This document shows positions 27,801-38,810 of a DNA stretch of 60,933 nucleotides, piece after piece; position 1 is the stretch's first letter, and every line of letters begins with the position of its first letter. The DNA lies in the IMG/VR virus record IMGVR_UViG_3300032226_000085, positions 1 to 60,933 of that record; one strand, given 5' to 3'. The position numbers and the translations under genes are program-made. The DNA comes from a virus. Taxonomy: Duplodnaviria > Caudoviricetes. Under the pieces are notes generated by a model, which was not told the DNA's origin, ran no database searches, and saw only the letters and a program-made list of their open reading frames with translations.

Positions 27801-28253
27801 CTACAAAAGCTTAGTGAACAGTTTGTCTGTCCATTTGTACCCCAAGTACTCAAACAGCTTGGAGTTGTCCATGTGAATTTTTGTGTGCATGATGATACGG
27901 TTTACCCCGATACCCTTTAGCACTTCTTCAGCGTACTTAAACAGCCTGATGCCAACACGCCCTTTGCGAAAATCTGGGCGGACATAATAAATATCTTCAA
28001 ACGCAGTTTTACAAGTCATGTAGTGCAGGTGGGGCTGAACAATAAAGATCGCATACCCAATAATTTCTTCCTCTGCACGTACCGTAATACAACGCAACAT
28101 CCCTGCATCTGCCAACCGCTTATACGCATCATAGTCAGGAGCCAGCGGGAAATCTTTGGTCACACACAACTCATCATAGTGCAGCGGGAAAAGAACTTTC
28201 ATCTCCTCCACAAACGCAAACGGATCGCAGTCGGCATAAACAAGCGTTGTCAT
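27801..28253 (-). CDS. GNAT-family acetyltransferase
   Basis: IYYVRPDFRKGRVGIRLFKYAE motif A; LFEYLGY. Confidence 0.8.
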   Translation of the reverse strand: MTTLVYADCDPFAFVEEMKVLFPLHYDELCVTKDFPLAPDYDAYKRLADAGMLRCITVRAEEEIIGYAIFIVQPHLHYMTCKTAFEDIYYVRPDFRKGRVGIRLFKYAEEVLKGIGVNRIIMHTKIHMDNSKLFEYLGYKWTDKLFTKLL

Positions 28254-30574
28254 GCGGGTAACAGTTTGTCAGCTTTCGTATTTGCGGCTACTTGGTCTTT
28301 ACCAACAGTTTTACGACGGGCTTTCTGTACACGGTCCATCATTGCGTAGAGTTTTCTTGCTCCGGCTTCTGTGCTTCCGTTTCCAATTTCAGAAACGATT
28401 CGTGCAGGGACCACAAATTCCCCATCAGCAAGGCGAGCAGGCTGACGATTACCAATAGAAGCAGGGATAGAATCAGATACGCCATCGCCCGGACCTTTCA
28501 ATAAACGTCCACCATCAGAATAGTCGCCCAGATGTGAAACCCCACCGCCCGCAGCGTACCCAGCATAACCGCCCATCTGCTGATTCATGTAGTCATAGAA
28601 CCCATCAAGACCAAGTTGCTGCTCTGGCGTTTGGTACGCAGGGATGTTGATGTTAGGAATAAGCGGTTGTGCAGGAGACGTTGGTTGTCTTATTGGTTGC
28701 ATAGCGGGTTGGGCAATACCGCCAGATATCGCGCCTTTATCATCCGGCTGCGTAAACTGCTGCGTACTGGGGTCATACGAGTATTTGTACTTTGGCGCAG
28801 TTGGCGCAGTTTTAATTGGCGCTCTTCTTCCGCCTGCAAGTTCGCTGCGCGTATAGTTCTCGTTGCTCATGCCGCTAGTATTGGGATCAAAAAAAGCACG
28901 AGTGTCAATAGTTTCAGTGTCCCCGCCGCCCGCAAACCTTGCTTCGCCACTATAAGCACCCACACCTGCATCGGCAGATGGTGCAATCACATTGGTAGCT
29001 TCAGGGCGCTGCACCGCAGGGTTAGAGTACATAGGCGTTTGCAGATTTGCCATTGGGTACCCGGTATTAGCGCCAACAGCATTCATTGCTGCCATATCTT
29101 CAACAGGACCGCCAACAGCCAAACTTGTTATCCCGCCATCCGCTTTGTACTCAGGGCCGGGGGCTTTGTATGGTTTAAGCGCCGTGTATGTTGGCTGGAA
29201 ATACGTGCGCTCTGCGCTACCAGTATACGGCTCTGAAGCTACATTGGTTGCACCGTAGTCAAACTCGTACGGACGAATCATACCGGTGTCCATTGCGGCT
29301 TGGCGCTTGCGCATTTCTTCTTCCGCTTTTTCGCGCTTGTCTTCCATGTAGTTCATGGCGGTACTGCCCAAACTCGCTACACCAGAGTACGGCGCTGCTG
29401 CTTCTGCCGCAGAGTACAAGGCTTTTAAACCGTCGGTACTGGAGAACGCTGTTTTAGCGCCGCGCCCTACTTGTGACATATAGTCTGAAAACGGACGGCT
29501 AATGGTCTGCCCAGTAGTATTGGCCGCTTTAGAAACATCGACTGCGTTTGATGGGGTAACGCCTCCTTGAAAACCGCCAGCAAACGGCTGACTGGTTGTT
29601 GCGTCGCTTGGTACATAAGTAGAAACGCGGGGGGTTAACTTGGCTGCATCTGCATATTGAGTAAAGCCGCCCCGACCGCTATCAAGCAAGCCGCGCCGAT
29701 AAGCGTCGCTGCTAACAGAGTCCACGTTTGTTGTTACAAACGAATTTGGGTCTGCCATGTTGTGCGGAATCCTGTCTCTCATTGCCCTTAACATGTCTTG
29801 TTGTTCAGCATAACTTACAGGGCGTAGCGCGGTTTCCGATACAGGCGACGATGCTTTAATTTTGGCGTTGATGTCCGTAAAGTATTCAGACCTTGGGTCT
29901 ATGGGGGATGTTGCTGCTGTAGTTGTGGTTGTAGGAACAGCAGTAGGCGTTACTTGCGGAAAAAATTTATTTGGGTATTTTGAAATATCAAAAACCGGCG
30001 TTTGGTTGAGCGTTGCGGAGGTCATGCCGGGCGTTGTTGCGGCGGTCGCCGTTGCAGTGGGGTTAAATACCATAGACTGCGCTGCGGGATTCACGTTTGC
30101 AAGAGGGTTAGCCAGTATGTCCACAGAACCAACATTAGCCAGCGGGCTAGTGCCCGCCAAAGCACTTGTATTAGCAGCCACGGTAGGGGACAAGCCCGGA
30201 ACAGCAGGAGCCACTGCGGTAGTGCCCAAAGAACTTAAACCCGCGCCAAGACCTGCGCCACCATACGCGCCAAGACCGGCCATGATGCCTTTTTTCAGAC
30301 TGCCAGTAGCCGCCGTATACCCAGCACCCGTAATCAAAGCAGCGGACAAACCGCCAGTAAATGGGGCCAGACCAAAGCCAATAGCCATCGGCAGCAGCGA
30401 CGACAAGAAGCCCGCCTCTGGCAGACCTGTTTCTGGGTTAATTGTAAGAGAGCCGCCATGCGCCATGGCAAGGGATTGCAACCCACCGACCTCATTGGGG
30501 GTCATGTGAACGAGGACTTTGTCTTCGCCGCGTCCGGCGGATTGTACTTGGCTGGCTGAATCGTGGAGGCTCAT
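28250..30574 (-). CDS. Internal virion protein (774 aa)
   Basis: GRGEDKVLVHM...INPETGLPEA N-terminus, Gly/Ala hydrophobic stretch, C-terminal GPGDGVSDSIPA...LADGEFVVPA domain. Confidence 0.7.
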   Translation of the reverse strand: MSLHDSASQVQSAGRGEDKVLVHMTPNEVGGLQSLAMAHGGSLTINPETGLPEAGFLSSLLPMAIGFGLAPFTGGLSAALITGAGYTAATGSLKKGIMAGLGAYGGAGLGAGLSSLGTTAVAPAVPGLSPTVAANTSALAGTSPLANVGSVDILANPLANVNPAAQSMVFNPTATATAATTPGMTSATLNQTPVFDISKYPNKFFPQVTPTAVPTTTTTAATSPIDPRSEYFTDINAKIKASSPVSETALRPVSYAEQQDMLRAMRDRIPHNMADPNSFVTTNVDSVSSDAYRRGLLDSGRGGFTQYADAAKLTPRVSTYVPSDATTSQPFAGGFQGGVTPSNAVDVSKAANTTGQTISRPFSDYMSQVGRGAKTAFSSTDGLKALYSAAEAAAPYSGVASLGSTAMNYMEDKREKAEEEMRKRQAAMDTGMIRPYEFDYGATNVASEPYTGSAERTYFQPTYTALKPYKAPGPEYKADGGITSLAVGGPVEDMAAMNAVGANTGYPMANLQTPMYSNPAVQRPEATNVIAPSADAGVGAYSGEARFAGGGDTETIDTRAFFDPNTSGMSNENYTRSELAGGRRAPIKTAPTAPKYKYSYDPSTQQFTQPDDKGAISGGIAQPAMQPIRQPTSPAQPLIPNINIPAYQTPEQQLGLDGFYDYMNQQMGGYAGYAAGGGVSHLGDYSDGGRLLKGPGDGVSDSIPASIGNRQPARLADGEFVVPARIVSEIGNGSTEAGARKLYAMMDRVQKARRKTVGKDQVAANTKADKLLPA

Positions 30575-30622
30575 CGTTACCTCATCCTGAAAAATTTGTC
30601 AAAGTTTAACATGGGGTAGGGG

Positions 30623-30937
30623 TTACGGCACTATTTTCAGTGCGTAAGTCGTTGTATCGTAATAGATGTCCCCAGTTCTCAGCTTGCCAGCGGCGTACTC
30701 CACACTGGTCGGGCAGCTTATTTCGCGTAGTCCCGTAGTCGGATTTACCTGACTGAAGTTCAAAGCGGCTGTTACCGTATTAGCATCAGGTCGGCTTGTA
30801 GACGCTGCGGATGCGCCGGGGTTATCTAACTGAGCAAAATACTGCCGCAGGACGTTGTGAACTGTATCTATGTACGCTCTGTCGTATTGAACAGGCGCTA
30901 AAGGCAGTGCTGGGCTTCTTGTGGTTCCTGTAGACAT
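30623..30937 (-). CDS. Hypothetical tail-associated protein
   Basis: PALPLAPVQYD...LRQYFAQLD; follows tail gene. Confidence 0.6.
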   Translation of the reverse strand: MSTGTTRSPALPLAPVQYDRAYIDTVHNVLRQYFAQLDNPGASAASTSRPDANTVTAALNFSQVNPTTGLREISCPTSVEYAAGKLRTGDIYYDTTTYALKIVP

Positions 30938-30939
30938 AA

Positions 30940-33459
30940 TTAATTTCTACCGTCAGGACGCACATCTAAACGAGGAATACCCAATTGCCACTGCGTACCC
31001 AGTGTGGTTGACTCTATCTTAAACGCCATCTGGCGACCGCGCACCCGACTATAAATAATCTCAGTAAACTTCTGCACGGTATAAACACTTTGCCCAGCAT
31101 AGCTTTCCGCAGACGTTACTGTTGGAGCCAACGCAGTACCATACCCAGACCCCGGATTTTGCCTTGGGCGCATCGTCATTGTTACTGATGGCAGCAAGGG
31201 GCTTGGCGTGGTTGATCCGTTAAACGTAATATCAGGAATCATACGCCACACAAATCCGTAGTTATGCCCGTCACCAATATCAAAGTCAGACGATTGAATA
31301 TACGCGGTAATCGCACTGGGTGGGTTAGTTGAGCCATCGTCGTTACCTGATTCATGGTAGTACAGACGGTTATCCAATCCAGCCGCCATCGGGTATTCGC
31401 GCAGAGGTGAGTCAATCCATGCACTTCTGCCAAGTTCTCCGTAGTACCACACGCGGTCAAGGTAATTAAATATTACATAGCGGTCAATTACATCGGAATC
31501 CGTCGAACAGTAAAACCACCAGACTTCGCTAAAGCCTTCGTTTGTGCCAGAAGATATTTGTGAAAATTGATTTCGGTTAATATCCTGATACACGTAAGTA
31601 CGAACTGAGCAAGGTAGCGTCTCAACCCGTCCTGAGTACACATAAAACTTGTCCACGCCCATCCAGTATGTTACCCCCGAAGCAGTTGACATCGCGTTAG
31701 GCGAAGCGATTGAGATGTTATCTGTTAGCAGGGTAAAGCCCCAGACATAAGGCGGTCCGAGATACTGCATGGAATAAATAGCCGCGTCAGTCCAGACCAG
31801 AATTTCCTGACGAGTTTGTAGTGCGCCAATAATTTGAGAGCCGTGGGATAGTCGAAAACTTCCTGCTTGGTTTGTTGTAGCTGGTGTCCAGTCGGTGTAG
31901 CTTTCTTGCGCTGACCACCGTATTAACAGGGGGTCTAAAACCGTATCGCCGTAGTCATTACATCCAAAGCAAATAACAATTCGTGATGCGTCGGCAACAA
32001 GTACTTCGTTTATTACTACAGGCACATCAGACGTACCCGTTAACGCAATACCGACGGTTGTTGTTGTGGCTGCGGCGCTCATAATGTAAGTACCCGCACC
32101 GCCCGTGCCCGTGCCAAAAGACGCAATTTTTGTTGCCGTTGGAATACCCGCACCTGTCACCGTCATACCAATATAAATTGTTCCAGAGGTAACGGCAGTT
32201 ACAGTAAGCGTCGTTGTAGTATTAATATTTGCAGTGCCTACAAACGCCCCAATCAGAACCCCACGGACGCTAACATTTGGTGTATTACTAACCCCCGGTG
32301 TCCAGTAATAAAGACCGCCCCCACGAGGGTTAAACAGCAAGTCCTGACCAAAGTTACTCTGGCTCCATAAACGAAGTTGAGTATTTGTAGTGACCGAGGC
32401 GGACTGCCCCCAGCCGTAATAGGAGGTAGCTTCCTCAACAAGTGCGTTGTCTGCGTGAGGGGCTGCTCTAGTGCCTTGTGCCCCGCGAGTGCACCCCGTA
32501 AATGTTGTGCCAGTAAGAGCCGTGTACGAAATAAGTTCCGTGCCAATAAGAATAGTACCGGCAGGAGAAAAACCTGTCGTAGCGTCTACGGTTATGGTGA
32601 CGTTGTTAGCGGCTACGCACTGGCCTATTGGGTAGAAGTTGCCCGGATTTGTACCCCGAGTTATGCCGGTAAAAGTAGTTCCAGTTTTGGCGCTGTACGT
32701 TATTATTTCCGAGCCAATTACAATCGTGCCAGATGCGGCGAAACTTGTAGTCGATACAACGTTAATCGTGGCGGTTGACGTAGCGTTTGGTATTGCAGAA
32801 GTAAGTGTTGTATCCAACGTACCACTAGCCATATTCAACTGCGTAAGCGGAGTGCCTGTAACAACACCGCCCCACAAACCCGCACCCCAACCAACCTGCG
32901 CTGTACCTGTAGTTGTACCGTTATTTAATTGGTATGCTGCCGTGACTGTACCGCCGCCCGTTGCTGTAGACGAAGCAGTTGTTGCAGCTACGATAGTATA
33001 AGTATTGGTGTCAACGTACGTGATCTCGTACTCGCTGTTTAAAAGCAACCCGCCGACTGATGATGCGCCAGAAAAAGTTACGTAGTCCCCAGAGATAGCG
33101 CCGTGGTTTGCATGAGTAACAATAACAAGACTAGAACCGCTGGTAGTAACAAACGGGTTGGTTAATACGGCGAACAGACGGATGGGGGTGATGTCGTAGT
33201 ACGCACCACCATACTCGATGTAAAATTTACTCTCAGTACCCACGCCCATCAAATTAAAAAACTTAAGCGTGATCCAATTCCACAACGAGCGGCAGGTGCC
33301 AATAAAAACCGCAGCAGACAGCCGCGTCCATCCACCAATCTTTTCAGGAAAGCCGGATTTAAAACGTACCTTGTCGCAGTCGTAATAGCCGCCCTCATTG
33401 GCAAGCGTTGTACCTTCACGGTTTACTCCCGGACGAAATGCAAGTTTCTGCAACGGCAT
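30940..33459 (-). CDS. Tail tubular / head-stabilization (nozzle) protein, P22 gp10/T7 gp12-like
   Basis: 839 aa, beta-rich; IRWSAQE, W.P..TNQAG, EVWWFY, RVRGRQ...[13 protein letters not shown]. Confidence 0.7.
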   Translation of the reverse strand: MPLQKLAFRPGVNREGTTLANEGGYYDCDKVRFKSGFPEKIGGWTRLSAAVFIGTCRSLWNWITLKFFNLMGVGTESKFYIEYGGAYYDITPIRLFAVLTNPFVTTSGSSLVIVTHANHGAISGDYVTFSGASSVGGLLLNSEYEITYVDTNTYTIVAATTASSTATGGGTVTAAYQLNNGTTTGTAQVGWGAGLWGGVVTGTPLTQLNMASGTLDTTLTSAIPNATSTATINVVSTTSFAASGTIVIGSEIITYSAKTGTTFTGITRGTNPGNFYPIGQCVAANNVTITVDATTGFSPAGTILIGTELISYTALTGTTFTGCTRGAQGTRAAPHADNALVEEATSYYGWGQSASVTTNTQLRLWSQSNFGQDLLFNPRGGGLYYWTPGVSNTPNVSVRGVLIGAFVGTANINTTTTLTVTAVTSGTIYIGMTVTGAGIPTATKIASFGTGTGGAGTYIMSAAATTTTVGIALTGTSDVPVVINEVLVADASRIVICFGCNDYGDTVLDPLLIRWSAQESYTDWTPATTNQAGSFRLSHGSQIIGALQTRQEILVWTDAAIYSMQYLGPPYVWGFTLLTDNISIASPNAMSTASGVTYWMGVDKFYVYSGRVETLPCSVRTYVYQDINRNQFSQISSGTNEGFSEVWWFYCSTDSDVIDRYVIFNYLDRVWYYGELGRSAWIDSPLREYPMAAGLDNRLYYHESGNDDGSTNPPSAITAYIQSSDFDIGDGHNYGFVWRMIPDITFNGSTTPSPLLPSVTMTMRPRQNPGSGYGTALAPTVTSAESYAGQSVYTVQKFTEIIYSRVRGRQMAFKIESTTLGTQWQLGIPRLDVRPDGRN

Positions 33460-33471
33460 AGCTGTTCCTTA

Positions 33472-33984
33472 TTAAGCCAGCATGGTTTCTGCGTGGGTCT
33501 TGGCTTCTGCCACCCGGCGCAGCCACCCTTTACCGAACGTGCCAAACGTAGGCAGACTGCGGTAAAACGCTTCTTTTTCTGCACTGAATTTTGCCACCAA
33601 TTCGCTCTGATCGGCATCTTTTAATGACTGCATTGTCTTAGGACCGATAGCACCGTCTGGGGTAGTACCGATAGCTTTCTGCATTGTCTTAATTGCACGA
33701 CCCGGACCCGCGTTGACAGCAAAGTCGAACATCAAGTAGTCCAGACCATCCGGCATCTCGTCGGCCTTCACAGCATCCCAGTACTTTTTCTTGTACATAG
33801 GACCCACCACTTCTGGCGTCAGAGCGCGCATTGCTGCCTCATCCACAGGCTTACCTACCCACTCTTCCCAGACTCGCTGAGTTACACCCAGATTGGTTCG
33901 GCCCCCCGGATCTTTTGGATGATTTACGTAGCCGCCTTCGTGCTTCAGAATGGCCTTCAAGGCATCGTCAAAGTTCTCTTTCAT
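33472..33984 (-). CDS. Endolysin, glycoside hydrolase family 108 with PG-binding domain
   Basis: HEGGYVNHPKDPGGRTNLGVT; FDFAVNAG; FGKGWLRR. Confidence 0.92.
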   Translation of the reverse strand: MKENFDDALKAILKHEGGYVNHPKDPGGRTNLGVTQRVWEEWVGKPVDEAAMRALTPEVVGPMYKKKYWDAVKADEMPDGLDYLMFDFAVNAGPGRAIKTMQKAIGTTPDGAIGPKTMQSLKDADQSELVAKFSAEKEAFYRSLPTFGTFGKGWLRRVAEAKTHAETMLA

Positions 33985-34391
33985 TTCTTCGTCCGCATAT
34001 CAATAATTTTCTCAAGCGTTCTGCCGCCAAAGTAGAACGACATCACGAGCATACCCCACTGACCAAGCAGTTCCACGAACGAGTCAGCAATATCAATCAG
34101 CGCCGCATCAAGGATTGCCAGCACCAAATACGCTATCAGAATGTAGACGAGGGTTAAGGGTCTAATGTTCTTAGACAGCCAGCTATCGCTTGCCATGTCG
34201 GCTTGCTGACGCTGGGTCAGGTTGTTCTGCTCAGTCTTGTACAAGTCAGTCTCGTTTGCCATCTTGGCAAGTTCACCATCTTGAGCCATCTTGGCAAGTT
34301 CCAACTGCGCCTTGGCCTTCTGTTCTGGGTCAGGAATAAGTTTGTCGATCAGTTTGCCGCCGATACCCAGCAGCGCGTCTAGTCCTAGCAT
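33981..34391 (-). CDS. Holin (GTA-type 3TM family)
   Basis: GKLIDKLIPDP, DSWLSKNIRP, SFYFGGRTLEK; adjacent to endolysin. Confidence 0.82.
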   Translation of the reverse strand: MLGLDALLGIGGKLIDKLIPDPEQKAKAQLELAKMAQDGELAKMANETDLYKTEQNNLTQRQQADMASDSWLSKNIRPLTLVYILIAYLVLAILDAALIDIADSFVELLGQWGMLVMSFYFGGRTLEKIIDMRTKK

Positions 34392-34642
34392 TAGTCTTCC
34401 CCTTTTAATTCACGTAAAACTTTTAACCGCAACTCTTTCATCTTGCGCGTCTCTTCCGCAGCCTTGTACATAGCATTGTTCATGTCCACATACATAATAC
34501 CCATGACGGGCAGTGCGATGATTAGCACAAAACACAAGACCACCACGGCGATGAGAAGTTCCCACGGTATGTGTGACTCGTCCGGATCAGTATTAGTACC
34601 CCTACGTACCACCCCACGAGCAAAAGGATTACCCCAACCCAT
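34391..34642 (-). CDS. Small membrane protein in lysis region
   Basis: One TM helix plus short coiled coil; overlaps upstream gene. Confidence 0.55.
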   Translation of the reverse strand: MGWGNPFARGVVRRGTNTDPDESHIPWELLIAVVVLCFVLIIALPVMGIMYVDMNNAMYKAAEETRKMKELRLKVLRELKGED

Positions 34643-35232
34643 ACCGCGTTTTCCTTCCTTTTCCTTGCAAGCTTGCGGTTTTTCGCTGCCTCAATTTGAA
34701 TCTTTATTGTCTCGCGCTTGTGCGCTTCGTCCTGCTCAATAACAATCTGCTTCCACATCTTCTCGTACTTGCCCCACAGGTCACCCAGTTCAGGCGGGGC
34801 TTTGTAGACCATCGTCTCACGCAGTTCGGTAAACATAGCGTCTAATCTTGAACGAATGATAACGCGGTTCAACGCCCGCTTGCCCACCGAATCCTTGCCT
34901 GTGTAGACCTTTGCAGCTTGTGCTTCCTGTACCAAGAACGCTTGACCTATCTCGTCATACGCATCCATCAAAGCACCCAGATCATTGCCAATCTGTAAAA
35001 ACACGTTGTTCGGGTCGGCTTTGGCTATCTCCTGCACCCGTACTACTTCTTCGTTATACTGAATCTTCTGAGCATTTGTAGGGTTTTGAATCTTCCCAAA
35101 CTGCGTCTTCAGATCGTCCAGCACACCCTTTACTTCACCCGCTGCGCCTTTGATGTCCTTGTATAACTGGCATCCTTTTTTTACCGCCGCGACAGCAGCG
35201 TTGGCAGCGACAAGTAGAGTTAGCGGGTCCAC
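34522..35232 (-). CDS. Hypothetical helical protein with C-terminal TM
   Basis: MDPLTLL..A.AAV..VKKG N-terminus; TM near end. Confidence 0.7.
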   Translation of the reverse strand: MDPLTLLVAANAAVAAVKKGCQLYKDIKGAAGEVKGVLDDLKTQFGKIQNPTNAQKIQYNEEVVRVQEIAKADPNNVFLQIGNDLGALMDAYDEIGQAFLVQEAQAAKVYTGKDSVGKRALNRVIIRSRLDAMFTELRETMVYKAPPELGDLWGKYEKMWKQIVIEQDEAHKRETIKIQIEAAKNRKLARKRKENAVWVGVILLLVGWYVGVLILIRTSHTYRGNFSSPWWSCVLC

Positions 35233-35245
35233 ATTGGGTTATTCC

Positions 35246-35812
35246 TTACGCTGCTACCTCTGTGATTGTTATACTGGATGAAGACACGCCGCCATACAAT
35301 CTAGCGCCACTTGCGCCGTTAAACGTTGTAGTCCCTGCCACCGAAGCTCCGACTCTAACTCTAAAAGTTGTAGCCGACGTAGTACCAGAAGTCATGTAGT
35401 GTGTAAATGACAGCATCATAGGTTTATTTGCGTCAACAAAACCTTGGGTACTTACTGCTAAAGCATTAGCCGTTGCGTCTTGAAATAAAGCAGCCGACAT
35501 TCGCCCGCCAGCAGCACTGCTGGCAACTTGAACAACAACTTCAATAACTAACTTACTAGTAGCCGATCTCGGTGTAACAGCCAAAGTCATGTACTGATCG
35601 CCTTCTGTAATTTGCGGGATGGTGTCGTCTGATGGGATAAGTGTAGTACCCGTTGCCACAGCACCAGTTGAAGAATTTACTATTTGCGATACCGCACCTG
35701 ACCCAGTAATTGTTCCTGTAACGGTTAAATTGCCGCCAACCGAAAAATTACCTACCGCAGTGCTTGCACCTGCAATGCTCGTGCCTGTGGTTCCGTCAAT
35801 AACTGTTGCCAT
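35246..35812 (-). CDS. Tail fibre / receptor-binding-like protein
   Basis: T/S/G-rich beta; VTPRSATSKLVI...SSITITEVAA. Confidence 0.65.
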   Translation of the reverse strand: MATVIDGTTGTSIAGASTAVGNFSVGGNLTVTGTITGSGAVSQIVNSSTGAVATGTTLIPSDDTIPQITEGDQYMTLAVTPRSATSKLVIEVVVQVASSAAGGRMSAALFQDATANALAVSTQGFVDANKPMMLSFTHYMTSGTTSATTFRVRVGASVAGTTTFNGASGARLYGGVSSSSITITEVAA

Positions 35813-35814
35813 GA

Positions 35815-36045
35815 TTATGCTCCTTCAGTCGGTGTAGGCGTTGGCTCTGGCTCAACTACTGGCTCAACTACTGGCTCAACTACTGGCTCAACTACTGGCT
35901 CGACTACTGGCTCGACTACTGGCTCGACTACCGGCTCTGGTTGTGCTTGTGCCGCTATAGCAGCATCATATTCAGCTTGCTCTTCCGCCGTGTATTCCAC
36001 TTGTGTCACTTCGCCTGTTTGGCAGTTCACTACGATTCTGTGCAT
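35815..36045 (-). CDS. Small tail-fibre-associated protein with EPVV repeat tail
   Basis: MHRIVVNCQTGEVTQVEYTAEE; RBS GGAG. Confidence 0.65.
   Translation of the reverse strand: MHRIVVNCQTGEVTQVEYTAEEQAEYDAAIAAQAQPEPVVEPVVEPVVEPVVEPVVEPVVEPVVEPEPTPTPTEGA
35849..35932. repeat. 12-bp tandem repeat x7 (GGCTC[A/G]ACTACT), encoding EPVV
   Basis: Four A-type then three G-type units, read directly. Confidence 0.95.
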
Positions 36046-36047
36046 AA

Positions 36048-36689
36048 TTACTCCCACATGATATTGATTGAACCGGCGTCAAAAACGTCAGTGCCGTTGC
36101 CTGAAGTAATACGAACGCGGTCTAACGTACCGGATAAAGTCTTTGACCCCCCAAAAACTGTGCCTCTTGGCACCGCCGATCCTGTAGTGCCTGAAGCCGC
36201 CCAAGTAGTTCCGCTAAGTAAACTTATAGTAGCTAACCCAGAAAAAAGGTTGGATGCTGCTGATTGGCTATATACCGTAAAGTGAGTTGTGTTTGAATTA
36301 GTGCTAACTCCTGATGTTGTTAGGGCACTGTGTGATCCAACATAACCTGTATCTTCAATACCGCCAGAGTCACCAAGTTGCAAAATAACGTTTGATGTGC
36401 CGTTCGTACTTACACCATCAAACATCACAGTAATACGCTTGGCATACGCCGGTATGCTGGTGAAATCAATAGACGTGCCAGACGTAGAAGCTACCGCCGT
36501 CCCAGACACCAACGGATATAAATTAGTAGTGACTCCGCCGACTTGAAGCGAAGCCGCAGTTGCTGCACCTGTAACAGCCAGTGTTTGCGGGATAGCTACC
36601 GCGCCAGCGGAACTAATCGTAATGTAGTCCGATCCGCCTACTTGAATAGCGCCGCTGCCGTCGTTGTTTGCTTTAATTCCTGCGGACAT
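36048..36689 (-). CDS. Tail fibre-like protein, paralog A
   Basis: [18 protein letters not shown]...TLDRVRIT...[11 protein letters not shown]. Confidence 0.7.
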   Translation of the reverse strand: MSAGIKANNDGSGAIQVGGSDYITISSAGAVAIPQTLAVTGAATAASLQVGGVTTNLYPLVSGTAVASTSGTSIDFTSIPAYAKRITVMFDGVSTNGTSNVILQLGDSGGIEDTGYVGSHSALTTSGVSTNSNTTHFTVYSQSAASNLFSGLATISLLSGTTWAASGTTGSAVPRGTVFGGSKTLSGTLDRVRITSGNGTDVFDAGSINIMWE

Positions 36690-36692
36690 TTT

Positions 36693-37559
36693 TTACTCCC
36701 ACATGATGTTAATTGAGCCAGCGTCGAAGGTGTCTGTGCCGTTGACTGTAGTGATGCGAACGCGGTCTAGTGTGCCACCTAACGTAACTGCGCCGCCGCC
36801 CCAAAAACAAACATCTCGAGTCGAATCGCCGCCCATCGTATGCGATGCGGCGTAAAGACTACTGCCCATAGCAACAATAGTGAAAAGTCCGTTTTTAACG
36901 TCAGTAGCGGTATCACTAATCATAAGAAACCCCGCCGTTGAAGCTGCAACACTTGGAGAAGATCCGCTAATGCAACCGGCGCCAGCGCTGTTGTACCCAG
37001 AAGTTGTAACACTTCCAGAGCCAATTTGAATTTGCATGTTTGACGTGCCGTTTGTACTTACACCTTGAAACATCACCGTAATACGTTTCGCTGTACTTGG
37101 TACCCCGTAAAAATCTAAACCAACAATTGTAATAGTTGTAGATGAAACCGTCTGAGACGCACTAACTGTGTAAGTGCCTGTACTACCTGCGGAACCCGTA
37201 AGTTGCGCAAGAATGGTTGTACCAGCCGTAACACCTGTACCAGTAATTAATTGACCAACCGCAAGCGTTCCAGAACCTACTGCGGTAACTGTCATTGTTG
37301 TGGTTGCAATTGATGCTGTAAACGAAGTCGTTGCAGTCGAAACTGTGGTAGCAGATACAAGCGGGTATAAAGCCCCGGTGGAGGAAGTAATAACGCCAGA
37401 CGAAGTAACCGCACCTGCAAAGGTCGCAGCTTGTGAAGCGTTCAAGGTCAGCGCAGTTGTACCCGCGCCCGTGCCGGTCTTCAGTTCTAATATGCCGGTG
37501 CTATCTGGCGTTAGCGCCAGTCCGTTTGTTGCATTACCTGCCAAAATTGTCGTTGCCAT
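36693..37559 (-). CDS. Tail fibre-like protein, paralog B (with inserted module)
   Basis: Same C-terminal domain as 36048-36689 plus a ~68-aa insert. Confidence 0.7.
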   Translation of the reverse strand: MATTILAGNATNGLALTPDSTGILELKTGTGAGTTALTLNASQAATFAGAVTSSGVITSSTGALYPLVSATTVSTATTSFTASIATTTMTVTAVGSGTLAVGQLITGTGVTAGTTILAQLTGSAGSTGTYTVSASQTVSSTTITIVGLDFYGVPSTAKRITVMFQGVSTNGTSNMQIQIGSGSVTTSGYNSAGAGCISGSSPSVAASTAGFLMISDTATDVKNGLFTIVAMGSSLYAASHTMGGDSTRDVCFWGGGAVTLGGTLDRVRITTVNGTDTFDAGSINIMWE

Positions 37560-37568
37560 GTTCGCCTC

Positions 37569-38801
37569 TTATAAAACAACTAACCGTGCGCCGGTAGCTA
37601 CTGTGACAGAAACCGGAGAAGTAATTACCGCAGATGGTACAAGTTGGGAAACACTTGCCGTGTACGTACCAGCACCGCCTGTGCCTGTACCAAAAGCTGT
37701 AATAGTTGTACCTACGGTTATGCCCGTGCCTGAAATAACCGCGCCAATATAAAGAACGCCCAATGTTATGGTGGTTATTGTTGTTGAGGTCACCGTTTGC
37801 GTAGTGTTAACTTCGTAAGTGCCCGTGCTGCCCGCGCTGCCCGTTAATTGACTTAGTATTTTCGTGCCAGACAGTACAGTAGCAGCGTTAATATATTGCC
37901 CTACACCAATAGTGCCCGACGCTACTGCTGTAACAGTCATCGTGTTTCCCGCAACGGACGCAGTAAACGAAGCTGCCGCAATCGCCGTCAGCGTAGTACC
38001 AGCTAAAACGCCGCCATCGTTAATAGTACCTGTAAAGCTAATGGAATCAATCGTTATTGTCCCTGTGGTGCTGGCGTTTTTGTCTGACGCAATAGTGTAG
38101 TTAGCGGTTACAACCTGATCGTTCTCGTAAAAAACTTGATTACCCGCAGAACCCGTCGCACCGCCGCCAATAGCACTCCATATACCTGTGTTTACGTCGT
38201 AACCTTCGTACTGCCCCAGCGTAGTGTTGTAGCGAATACCTAAACCAGCCCGCTGCACCGTGCTACCTTTTGGAACCTGCAAACTGCCTGTACCGCTAAA
38301 CACGCCGTTGCCACCAAACGTACCGTTGCCAGAAACAGAAAGGTCGCCGTAAATGCGGTCAACCCCATTGTAAAAATCCCACTTGCTGGTCGTAGAATTG
38401 AACGTACAAAACACAAGCCCAGTCTGCCCTGTAGGGATTGTGACCGATGCGGGGGTGCCAGTTTGTGGGGTGGTTGTGTTCGCCGTCAGCGCAGCAACTA
38501 TGGTGGCGGTTTTACCTGTGCTGTTTTTTACAATATAAAGCTTGTTTATTGGCGGAGTGAAAAGCGTAAAGTCTGCTGCCGGAGTACCACCGAGAATTAA
38601 AACTGCTTGTCTGGCTTGGTCTGTTACCCCATCTAACGCAGTCAACGCTTGGTTACCTGTAATGGTGATGTTTGTGGCCCCTGTAATAGCTTCCGTCAAC
38701 AGGGTTGCCAAGTTTGTATTGGTCGTGTTACCCCACACACCGGCCTGTTCGCCAGTGCCGATCTCCGCTATACGAAGGTTGTTATTAAAAGTAGTTGGCA
38801 T
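37569..38801 (-). CDS. Tail fibre protein
   Basis: [45 protein letters not shown]. Confidence 0.7.
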   Translation of the reverse strand: MPTTFNNNLRIAEIGTGEQAGVWGNTTNTNLATLLTEAITGATNITITGNQALTALDGVTDQARQAVLILGGTPAADFTLFTPPINKLYIVKNSTGKTATIVAALTANTTTPQTGTPASVTIPTGQTGLVFCTFNSTTSKWDFYNGVDRIYGDLSVSGNGTFGGNGVFSGTGSLQVPKGSTVQRAGLGIRYNTTLGQYEGYDVNTGIWSAIGGGATGSAGNQVFYENDQVVTANYTIASDKNASTTGTITIDSISFTGTINDGGVLAGTTLTAIAAASFTASVAGNTMTVTAVASGTIGVGQYINAATVLSGTKILSQLTGSAGSTGTYEVNTTQTVTSTTITTITLGVLYIGAVISGTGITVGTTITAFGTGTGGAGTYTASVSQLVPSAVITSPVSVTVATGARLVVL

Positions 38802-38810
38802 GTCTTTTCC

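Noticed and set aside
36048-37559. Diversity-generating retroelement between the two similar tail-gene 3' ends
   Set aside because: No reverse transcriptase; both copies are coding, and the differences are largely synonymous and not adenine-restricted, so these are ordinary paralogs.
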